Of a stretch of DNA of 64,000 nucleotides, positions 12,801-24,800 are shown piece by piece (the stretch's first letter is position 1; the number at the start of each line of letters is the position of its first letter). The position numbers and the translations under genes were made by a program. The notes beneath the pieces were generated by a model. It saw nothing but the letters and a program-made list of their open reading frames with translations, was not told where the DNA came from and did not search any database. Origin of the DNA: Ruditapes philippinarum (taxonomy: Eukaryota); assembly GCF_026571515.1 (NCBI RefSeq), contig NW_026861419.1, forward strand, positions 124,001 through 188,000. The letters run 5' to 3'.

Positions 12801-15800
12801 ACATACGATCCGATGCACCTGTAGCCGGTATAAGAGTGTTTGGGTATTTGTGACTCCTTTGGCAGCTCAAGTTTGGTAATAAGTGTTTTATGAATGCAAT
12901 TGATTGATGGCATGCCGTTTTATTCATATAAATCTTGATACATACTTTTGTTCAGATTGCTAATGTCAATGACATTAATTTGTTTAAATTCTATGATATG
13001 AGGTTTGTTAAATCCGTCACAGGGCCGTGGTGCCATCTCATCTAAATTTAACGATACACCTACATCTACACAGTTTCCTTTTCAACTCAACTTTATTTAA
13101 GTAATTGAAGGGAAGAGTCAAAAATGGGAGAAGGGGGTAAGTTTTCAGTCAAAACGAAGTGACATTATTCTGTCATTACGTGTCTTCCCATTTCAACCGT
13201 AAATTTATGACAAGAAAACCGAAACTTTTCAAGAGCAGCAACAAATTCTCTCCTCTAATATATCAAAGTAAAAGAAACCTGTTGTATTTTATACTGTTTC
13301 TCAAAATTTAGGCTCACTGTAACTGTCACTACAGCTGAATCAGTCTGTTAAAGTAATCGAGGTTTAAAATTGGACAGAGGGATCAAAGATGGCTGCCATT
13401 ATGTTAGTTCCTGTAAGAAGAGAACGCCAATTTTGTTATACCTTGCATTTCTGTTGTACTTTACTAATCGTTCCAAGCAGACTTTCCGGGCACTCTCCGT
13501 CTCTCTAAACCATTACGCATGTTCATGCAAACCGGTAGGTCTGGGAACACTAAATTATTCTATGCATTCACAACACTCTCCTTAACTTTATGAATGATTG
13601 TCTCGGACTGAATGGAAGTAATATTGTGAATGAATCAGTATAACCTGTTTTCGGAAGCTTAAAAGAACAAATGTCCTTTAACTTACTTGATTGTAACAAA
13701 ATCACAAGTCGGCTAAAAGCCTATTACGAATGCATCTTCAAGAGACAGGAAGTCGTCTAAGACAAAGGCTAAAGCTAACTTTCTAGGGCTGGACGCCCAC
13801 CAGAATTTCATTTATCATAGCTGCCTGTCCAAATGCCTCCATACATGACCAAAGTTACTTGGTATTTTTTAAATATCAGGATTTCAGAACACTGGAGCCT
13901 TGGTCCTTGAAGTATTGATGTTATTTATGTTGATCGATCACTGTTACAGTAGCAATCTTGAGACGAACTTCAAAACCAAGTTGAATGTAACGCTGACAAG
14001 TTCTGACAGCTTTACTGGCGGACCTAAACCCCAACCTGAATGTAACACTGACAAGTTCTGATGGCTTTAATGGGGGACTAAAGGTCCAACCTGCCTTCTT
14101 CCGATCATATTTGACTGATACTGCCTTCATAGAGTTACTGACTTTTCTCATCTGAGACTTCTAGAATCCTTTCAACAAAACTTTGGCTACTTTTGGCCAC
14201 TTTTCTGGCTACTCTATACAATTGACAAGGTGACGATACCCTGCATCCTCTGCAGGGGGAATATGGCGCATCCTAATCCAGAAGAAAGGGAGATTCTTCG
14301 ATCTGGGATCGCTGCTATCTGGTCACACAGGAATGAATAAACCAGATTAGTGAAACCAAAGTACGTCCTTGGAAAAAGCTCCATGCAATTCTTGAGCACA
14401 TACTGGTCTCCTGTCAAGTAGTAGTGTTGAATATGTTGACGTGAAATGACGAACTTCTTTTAACGTGCTGCAAAAGCTTGAACTAACATCCAATACCTTC
14501 TTATCTTTCCCGATGCCATAGCTTAGCATGTCTTGGATGCAAACCGACAGCAATTTTCATGTCAACTGGCAGGTCAAGAAATCTCTGCTCAGAAGGATAT
14601 GTCTTTGGATGGTTAAGGACGGCTTCTTCACCAACCAATTTAACTTTTTTAAGTTTGGTTAAGGCTTGGTTAACAAGAACCTTTGCGAGGATCTCTTCTA
14701 AAGGACCTGATGAAGTTCTGTCATGGTGGAAATGACTGTCATAAACTTCTGGCAATTTCTCTTAAGATTTCTCTTCTGGCTTATCAATTACTATGCCCTC
14801 CAGTGGTCATTTTCCTAAGTGTCAGTTCTTTTTGCTAGTAAAACAAGGACCTTACAATGAATTAAAGCATCTGGTGAATTGATTGGCTCTAATACAAACT
14901 CGTTTTGAGCTGATATCTTTCGGAACTTACAGAATGCCTGCAAAGCCTCTGACTGAATTGACATCACAACTGTCTTGTCTATTGAAATTTAAAGTTTCTG
15001 GATTTTGATGAAGGACATCAATTCATCTAGGGAGGCTTGTCTTTCCAGGAGCCATCTTATAACTTGGATATGTGCACAATACTCCCTCATCATCATGTTT
15101 GAGCCTCTTATGAAAGATACAACGGATATGAAGCACGAAGGCGTGAGCATACATGTACTTGGCTGGTTCCAAGCAGCTTTGTACCAAGCATTTAGCGTGT
15201 TTCACGTCTATTTTGTCTTTCTCTGTGGGTTTTCTTTCTTCTGTTGCTCTCCTGACTATAAGTAAAGTATCCTCCGTTTTCTGTTTCTTCAAACTTAATG
15301 AGATGGGCAGTTTCGGGTAGCTGACTGTCATTTACACTCCCCATAGTAACATTTCGCTCTCCACCTCGGATTAAGGTAAAGAATAACCTAGAAGAATCAG
15401 AAAGCGGCTCTTGTTTTCCTTTTATGAGAAGGGCTAAAAGCCTCTATTTCATGCCTGGTCTTTAATGATTCATCGTGTTTAACCTTAGGAGGTGCAGATA
15501 CAATGACTGGACTTTTCGTAGTCAGCTTCCTCATTGGCGACTTCGACTCTCGTTGATGACCGGACTACGACTAACATCCATTTGATTAGGAGAAAAGTCT
15601 TAAAGAGCTTCCTCTGCCTTCAGATCCAGGATGTCTTCTGAAAGATCCAATATGTCTTTCAGAATTTCTTCTTCTTCGGATTTCTCCTTCGGACTTGGAT
15701 TTTTTCCCGAAAAATCTATATGTTCTCAGAGATTCAGTCTCGATTTTCTACTTTAGCCAAGTCTTGCTGCACTGCAGCTTCCTTCAACCAAGGATTCCTA

Positions 15801-18800
15801 GTTTTAATATTTCTGCTCGTTAGAGTTCTTGCTTCACGAGAGTAACCAGTTCCAAAATGGTTCTCTCTGATTTACTGGTCTCCTGCTCACTAGGATATTT
15901 TAAACATATCTTATTGATAAATTCCCTAGTAGGCTTATACGCCCGTCCTTCCTCAAGCTATTTAGTCGCAATAACCTCAAAATCACTATGTTCTTTCATA
16001 TCTAAAAAAAAGGATAACAAATATACAACGCTTACCCTTATCACAATATTTTGTTTTTCTCCTTGCATGCTAGGCATTTATATCGATCAATTTCAAGCGG
16101 ATCTGTTGTGCTGACATGACGCATGATCCATGGAGCCATTCATTGCAATATTTACACATAATCATAAATTTCCGTTCTGTGGCTTCCTGCAGATGCAATA
16201 CACTTCGTGTTCTTAAGCATTTAAATCATAAGCATCTGATTCAGGTCTTTCCCTGTATTTAATAATCCATGATGGTACAGTCCGATCTTTACAAGGCATC
16301 ATCCTTGCATGGCTTGATACGAATTCGGTATTTCGTAATTTTACCCGATGCAATTTTGCTGACAGCTTCTTGGTTATTATGTCTGGGCCTTTCTATGGGG
16401 TAAGAACTTGCGGGATTTACCTTTTAAAGATGTTGTATCTAAAAGATAGACAACATCTACTTCTGAATAAGGTATGTAGCCTTAAGTCATAATCTTGCTT
16501 TATATGTTTCATGGATGTCTTCCGAATATTCTTCGCAGTCTCATGTGTCTTTTGCATTATTTGTAGAATATTTGACACATATTCACCATACTCGCGCTTT
16601 GCATTGGGAAACATCAATTGGTCAATGTATTTACTCCCCTCCCCAACATTCACATGTTTGGTGTGAAACCAGTACAACGGTTAACTGAAGCTCTTATCTC
16701 ATAGATATCTGTTGAATATTTTGGTCCCAATTAACTTGAGAATGGAAATCTATAGCGACAAAGATGTCACCAATGGCAGCCTTTGCAGTCACTTCCGCTT
16801 TCTTTGTTGGTAAAGGTATGCATTCTACCCATTTAGTAAACTGGTCAACCATCATCATGCAATATTTTTATTTTGGTTGTGATAGGCCAAGGTCCAATAA
16901 AGTCTATATGTTCACGTTCCAATGGTGCACCTGCTCGATATTGAGTAAGTGAGACCTTGCTATATCGCAGTTTCTTCTTATTTTGATTGCACGGATTACA
17001 ATATGAAAAATAAAACTCAACATCTCTTAAAAGACAAACCCAAAATAATTTCTCTTTAAGTTTGGATTTGTTATAGCTATTCCCTGATGTCCTATTGATG
17101 TTATGTCATGATGCCAAAGTAATGCCTGTTCCTTCAAACGTTAAGGCACAACCAACTGTAAATCCTCAAATATTTTAAAAAACAACACCATATACCAACT
17201 GGAATAGTTCTTTATTCAGCCAATAGAATTTAGGTTCTGGACTAGATATGAGTTCTTTCTTGCCTTTCAACCACTCATTTATGAAGTGGAAGAATTTATC
17301 TTAAGACGGATCTCTCTGTAAGTTTTCGAAAGTGAATTCCTAGCAGGAAAGACTATCTTTTAAAGAGTGTACTGGCATATTGTTATAAAGCTTTGCCTTT
17401 CTTCTCCATTGCCTGAAATAACAATATCGAAACGAGAATCACTTCCTCCTAAACTTGTTACATCTGCTGAGAGCATGCAATCAACTAGAACCCGTTCTTC
17501 TCAGTACGATCTCCAAGACCAGTACCCTTTTCATCAAAATAGGACTGCCTCTTTACTGATATTATTCGTACTTGATTGTCTTTAACTTCTAAATTCTGAG
17601 CCTGCCGGACTAATAGTCACGGAATTTATATCTAGGCCAGCTACTTTTTTGGGCTTGGATGGTAAGTCATAGATCACAAAGCTATTGATCACAAAGTTGT
17701 TATAGAGTATGGTACGACTTTTAGTCATAGTCATTATGTAGATTCAGCTGTACACTGTGATGTTACTTCAAAAATACAATCTGATGTGAATGAGATTATT
17801 GATAAAATGTCTTTACGTCATCACTTACAAGACTAAAATATCGAAGATATTTTCAATAAAGAAACAAAAAATGAAGAAATAGTCAATATTTCATCAAGTA
17901 CGTGCTGTTTCTCCTTTTGTATTATCAACAGTTCGTAATAAAGAAGTCAAAGTAAGAATTGAAATAACCATCCTTTCTTAAAGTGTCTTCGATAGGTAAG
18001 TAAGCCTGCAAAAGTAAAAAGTGCAGTTAATGGTTTCATTACCAAACCATTTAAATTGCAAATAGAATCTCAAGTTTATGAAATATTTAATGTTGAACCT
18101 ATTGGTGATGAAATGCTGACTGCTGGGATATGATATGCATCATTAAGGAGTGATGATGAATATGCATTTTGACACTATGATTGTGCCTATAAGCGGATTC
18201 CAATAAATACAAACCGCAGAGAGGGAAAGCCAAGTATTTCAAGAGTAACAGTGTTCAAACGTACTGTGGTTCGACCAAATTCAGTTGTACGGATGGCATG
18301 CAGTCTCAACAAACGTCTAAGTGGCTATTTCATAGAGCCAGATGAAAAGTTGAACACAGTTGGTATATTGATGCGAAGGATTTTGATGTCTTCAAAGACG
18401 CAACCTATTGTTTGTTTCGTCAACAAACTCTTGCGAGACATTAAAGAAGGGTAGAGTGAGTGCAAATGAATATGAAGTAGATCATATCTTAGATGAACAA
18501 TACGAAATATCTACATCTCTGCCTAAAGAAAAGAAAATGTGACTTCAAGGAGTCTCTGTCAGAATGGATGGCCTCTTCAGTTTTGATCAGAAAGCCAGAC
18601 GGATATGTAAGATGTTACATCGATTACGGAGCCCTTAATGGCACCACTGTTATGGTTACATTTTCATTACCATTTGTCAAAGATTATCTAGAAACATTAT
18701 CGGCAAGCATTTGGTTTTCTAAATTTGATGCAAACTCAGCAAACTCAACAAATTATGGATTCCCAAGACAGATTTGGTGACACTTGTTTGTGTCCCTTGT

Positions 18801-21800
18801 TGTTTTTTCGTCTACGATAAGTATCTTCCTTTTGCCCCTAGTTTTATATCTTTAATTTTGCTCCCCTTCCCCTGAAGTTCATATCCTGTGCCCTTTTATT
18901 TTGTGGGCCTATTAATCAATCAATTTTTTTTTGTTTTCTTTTGATTTCCTTGTCAGTAACTATTATCTCTTCGTATGTATCATTTTAATGGTAGGCCTTC
19001 CGTGCTCTGCCTTGCACCCTGTCCTGTTTTTGTTTAAGGTCCTTCTGAGATCCTTGCCACTGGTTCTGCTGGGTCGTGTTGGGGTTGCCTTTCCTTGTTG
19101 ATCTTGTTTATTATTTTTGTTTGAGCATGTTAAAATGGGGTTTAGTTTGAAAAACGAACCAAGCCACATTTTCAAGAGTAATGGACTTGATATGGCGCGG
19201 TCTTACTTGGAAAACGGTATTAGCATTTTTAGATAGTGCTGGGAAGGAATTTTGAAGATCATCTGGGAAACAGTAGCCAAATGGCAATGTCCAAAATTAT
19301 CGAAATATGTCGAAAGGGATTTAGGCTTAGCAAATTACCGTCGAACATTTGTAAAGAACTTTGAGTATATAGCACTGTTATTAAATAAACTTACTGGAAA
19401 GATCAAATTTTCATGGGGTAAAGAAGAACAAAAAGCATATGATACATAAAGGGTAGCTTAAACAACACCACCAGTTTTAGCATTAAAAATTAGGTAGACC
19501 CTTTTAACTTGATTCGGATGCTTCGGAGAGTTGCTTCAGGTTCAAGATGGAGAAAAAAAGTAAAGCCTTATAGCATTTTTAAATGTGGATAAATAAGTAA
19601 GACTGGTTCAGTACGGTATAATGGCATCCGAATCGGAGAACTTTTGTTTAGGGTAAATTGCTGGGCTTTGCAGGTCAAATCTTGAAAATGGAGTATAAGG
19701 ATGCAGGTTGGACTTCCCATCTGGCCCTTTCTAGTTAAAGAGAATGGTTCGACTTTTAATTAAAGTTGTTAAATCACGATTCAATGGATTACCTTGCTGC
19801 TTCAGCTGATATATTAACTGCATTTACAGATTTTCATCTTTAGATCTTCTGGAATACGTTTGCCATCCAATGCCTACGAGATAAACTGGTGATCCTTTAC
19901 AACATTTCAGCCTGTATACTCCTAGAATGATCGAAACACGCATGCGTCCCTGCTTCTGTATCAACTAACCTTTGGCAGAATTTCAAAATCGCTTCCCTCA
20001 TTTTATGTTCTTCGGGTAGATCTTTAAATGCATATGTTGCTAATGTGAGAACTCTATCTGCCCAATCATCTAAAGATTCATCTGATGACTGTTTAGCCTG
20101 CTTAACTAAACACGTGCGTGATGTTTCTGGTCGTCAAATTTGTTCTCTAGTTTCTTCATAAGTTGCCTGAAAGAATTATAACGACCTGCTTTAGTCGTTA
20201 TGGTGACGAAATCTACTGCTTTGCCTTTAAGACTCCAAGTAAGATAATTCTTGCTCTGTATGTCAGACCAGTTCGAAACAACACTATAACTCTCGAATTG
20301 TTCTCTAGAAGATAATCCATTTGATTTCCCGTCTTATTGCAATTTTTTTTTTTGGAAGTTTCTTCGAATTAACATCCTTATCTGATTTACGTCAATTACA
20401 CCTGCAGTATCTTTGCCATCAGAAATTTCATCAGCAAAATTCAAACAACTACTTCTGCCATGATATCTAGATGGTTTACCATATTTATCCTGGGACGTGT
20501 ACTTTAGTTTTTGGGTCTGTACGCCGATAACTTCTTGATCTAGATCTTGAACTATTACCACAATTAAAAGACCTTTGTTTATATTTATAAGACTATAAGA
20601 TCGCAACCTCGAATAACTTGGACTTTTTGGATCGAGCTTGACCTTTGGTGTCCAGAAGACGACCTACTGCTGTAACTAATCCCTATTTTTTCTTCAATCT
20701 TGACTGAACAACTTTCCTATCTGTTGATCTTTTTCTACTACTGCTACTTTCGCTTGATCCTTCTGATCTGGTATGGTAACTTCGAAGGTCATGTCTCTTT
20801 TAGCTTTGGTGTAACAAAATACCTGTTATTTTTAACGTCAACGTATCCCTTAAGTTTTGTATTGCTTGCTGATCTTCAGAAACTGTTCAGGTTTTCTGTC
20901 ACACCATTTGATTCGAAGTTCCAAAAATGTTGAAGGTCAGGCTTGGTCGGAATTGAATCATCTATGTTTGTAAATATTTCAGATTTTGACATGTTGCCAT
21001 GAGTTAGAATCAGCATGTTTACATCAGTGATATCTTTGTCAGTTTCACCTGTTCTGCCAAAAGTATAAACCCTTTTGGACCTCTATCTTGTAACCTAAAA
21101 TGATGTCAAGATAATAATCATTTCCAAGAAGGAGTTCAACTGTGTCGTTTTGAATCTCTGAAGGAACCGTATCAGCTATGTCTAGGTTCTTCACTTAGCC
21201 GTCAAATTCTTTATTGTCGAATATTTGAACTTGCTTTTCTGAATACTGCCAGTGATATTTGGTACAATGTTTGCTGTTATCGTCAAATTTTGTCCATCCT
21301 TAAGACTAAGGTTCAACTTTGTTAAGACAGTTTTGATCAACTTTAGTTTGTGACTTCGAAATGTTACGCGTTGGATTTCTTGTTCACGCTCCTTTTTGAG
21401 CCCCAAAGATTTAGCAAGTCGTTCTGTTATATAGGTTCTTCGTGAACCTGAGTCAAGGAGAGTTCTAACATTTCTTACAATTTGAAGTGTCTTTTACCAC
21501 GGTTAGTGCTGTTTTCATTAACACAATTTCATTTGATGATAAAGGGGCATTTTCTTTTGTTTTTCAATCACTTGTTTCTTCTGTAGATAGTTTCACAGTA
21601 TCGTTTGACACATTAGCACTTTCCCTCAGCACAAATTTTTGAAACTTTTTAGGACATAGACTTCTGTGGTGAAAGTTAACTTGATGACAATAAACACAAC
21701 TTTTTTACTTTAACATTCCGTTGACATATGTCTCTCTTTTAAGCACTTTTAACAGCTTGCTTCCTTTGTTCAATATTTTTATACCTCGGGCATTCATCAC

Positions 21801-24800
21801 TCCAGTGATCCTTGTTGCAAAATCTACATCTCTTAGAATACAGCGTGTTACTTTTCTTTTCACTTGCTTCTAAAGTGATTTTAGGTAATGCTGGATTCCG
21901 AGAGTCCTTATTAAAAGTATTACCATATTTTGGAGCTTGAAATCTTGAAACGTTATTTTTGTGATTCAATGGCGTAACAATAGGTTTGCTTTTCTCCGAT
22001 TTTTCTCTGGATACTATGTTCTGTTGGAGAAGATCACGCAGTTTTTTAATTGTCCATTTATTATCAGTCCCTTTAAGAATGTCAAGCTGCAAAAGGACGT
22101 CATTTGGTAATTAACTCCGAATCATAGAAATGAACACATGTTGATCTTAATTCTCATGAAGCACTTGTAGACTGTGATGATTCGTTCAACTTTGTCATTT
22201 AAGAAACGTAAATTGTATTTAGGTGGAAATATATTCAACAGTCCCTTATAATGAAGATCAATGATTTCTTGTTTGTCACGGTATCTTTCTTTAAGAATTT
22301 TCACAGCTACCGCATAATTTTTATTAGACAAAGAAAGTCCAGCTATTGCACTCTTTGCTTCTCCTGTTAATTTTCCCTTCAAGTAATTAAATTTATCAAC
22401 GTCTGAAATCCTATCATTATTGAGCACCGCGCTTTCGAACGAGTCCCAAAACTCAACCCATTGTAATCGAGTCCCACTGAAAGAAGTCATTTCAAGTTTT
22501 GGTAGCGTTACCGAATGAGCACGCTTGGTCACCTGATCACTTTGCTTTTCGAAAAATTCTTGTTGTAACAGCATTTGAGCTTCACTTCTTTGTTGTTATT
22601 GTTGTTCAAAAGAATCCTGTTGCATTTTCATTTGCATGTCACACATCTTTTGGACAATGTTTTCACCTGCATCATGTACAGCCGCGTCACTTACTTAATA
22701 CAACATTGTTTCCTCCAGAAAACCATTTAGATTCTGAAGCTAACAATCCATTGACCAAGCTTTATCACATAAGTCTCAGTCATTTTTTATTATACTCTCT
22801 GTTAAATCCTTATCAGAATCTCCTAGCTCCTGTGCTAATTTTTTCGACTGAATGTTAAGTTTCTAAAGGTAAATATTGATCTTGAATTTACATTCAATCA
22901 CCTTCTGTCGTAAGATAGTGCAATCTTCAGGAGACAGTCAGTCAGTCTCTGTATCTATCAACGTTGAGCCATGTTGGATTTCTCTATCTAATCTACTGAA
23001 AAACCGTGTTCGAACTCCCTTCTTGTATTGAAGGTTACTTTTAGCCATGTTTCATAGGTTTACTTTACAAGTATACAATAAAAAAATCATAAGAGGAATA
23101 AATACATAAGCGAAAGGTTGTATCACTACTTTATTATATTCTATAATGTCCAGAAACATACAAATCAGAGCATATATTTATACCAAATTTTTTATCACCA
23201 AACAAGTATGAAAATCATGATTTGGAGTAAACCTAAAGAGTAATGATTTCCCGCATTAATATGTTAAATCAACAAGTATTTCGTGTAATTCACGACACCA
23301 GTAGCAATTCTTGGTCAAGGTTTAACAGTAGTAGGCGTAGTCGACTGAGATAGTAGTAATTGTACTACTTGCAATAGCAACAGGTGTAGTCATCGTACTG
23401 CTTGTAGCTGCAACACTCCCCTAACCCTAACCCTAGGACTTAAAATATAAAAGCAAGATCAACAAGGAAAGGTGGCGTTCAAAGAACGCAACCCCCCCCC
23501 CCCCACACACACACACGACCCAGCAAAAAGGCCCAGCGACCAGGAACCCAGAAGGACCCCAAACAAAAACAGGACAATGCACAAGGCAGAGTACGGACAT
23601 GATTTTCACTTAATAACACCTGAAAGGAAATACAAGTAACCGATAAGGAAATCAAATACAATTGACTGATTAATAGGCACACAAAGTAAAGGGGCAAAGG
23701 GAAAGTTTAACCGTCTGAACAGCGCGTTCTGCTTCCTAATTCCCGAACGGATATTGTGAACTACTGGTTTGTAAACGTCATAGGTGTATTGCGGTATTCC
23801 ATTAGAAACTATGGTATCGCATGTGCTATGTCTCGGTAATATTGACTTGAAATGTTCAGCTTCCGCCGCCGACGACTATGACGTAAGTCTTGATTGTTCT
23901 ATTTATTGCAAAAAGAAAACTACTACTAATAAATACGCGTATGTATGTCCTCGCCAATGAAAAAGATCTGAACCTAATTTTGACCAACTTCTATAAGGAA
24001 TCGGAGTAGATATTATTTGTTCTCTTTCGTCATTTTGAAATTTTGCACAAATATCGCAATTATGAATCATGCGCTGTATGTCACGTGATATACCTATTCA
24101 CCAAATTGATTATTTTGCGCTTGCTCTACATTTTGAAATGCATTGATGAGTTTCGTGCAACCTAGAATGTCGAGTCTCATGTATGTCGGAATAATAGTCA
24201 GTCATTTCTCATTAACAAACCTTTATTCACAGTAATTTTTTACCTATAAGGTTTATACAGTTTTGCAATTCAAAACACGAGCATTTAAATTAATATACTG
24301 CATACATAGTCAGCTTTTGTTTCCCTCAGCCTTTTTTCTGTTTTAGAACGATGCACATGAGTCAACAAACATTTTTTTATACAATCTTTAAATGTAATCA
24401 GAACCGCAAAAATCGGAATAACAGAAAGCAATTAAAATAAAGACCTAAACTGTTTTTTGCTTAATTTTTGGAGTTTCCCGGTAATAAAAAAATCTTTAAG
24501 GCCTTGTCCTTTAAATTTTCAAAATTACCTTTTAAGTTTTTCAACCACACATAACGGCCCCTTTCCCCTTTTCGCCCCCCTTATGTCCACCCGGTTTTGC
24601 TTTACCTGTATTTTTTTCCTTTTTTGGTCATTATATTGGGAAATTTTTCCAAAAAAATACACATGCGTGACCTTTAAACCCGTATTTTTTTAAAAAAACA
24701 TTTAAATCAACCCCTCTTTTGGGATAAATGCTTTTGACGCAAAAAATTTGTTTAAAACCCCTTTTTTCTTTTTTCTGAAGAACTACACTTCATTCCATAT

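Larger units (their letters stand above)
13318..20870 (-). mobile_element. Decayed Ty3/Gypsy LTR retrotransposon: gag, inverted PR-RT-RH, integrase + PHD, extra TatD-like ORF, candidate PPT and 3' LTR
   Basis: gag DGKSN..NWSD..YLTWSLKGKAVDF (about 19700-20340, -); RT SSVLIRKPDG..IDY..WFSKFDANSA and RT/RH LGLANYRRTFV..LDSDAS (18500-19560, +); integrase WHHD..GHQG, C-x2-C, HIDFIGP, MVDQFTKW (16300-17300, -); PPT-like AAGGAGAG before TGTGA..TTACA (13572 to 13318; LTR call weak). Confidence 0.85.

Noticed and set aside
17741-17766. Similarity to the reverse complement of the candidate LTR end at 13318-13341
   Set aside because: Only about 12 bp (GATTCAGCTGTA) match; too short to call a second LTR.
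23720-23888. CpG-rich patch ending ATGAC|GTAAGT as an independent first exon for the annexin
   Set aside because: Splicing to 28549 gives ATG ACC AAA ATG GCA CCT TGA, out of frame with the annexin. It cannot supply the start, though a non-coding exon is not excluded.
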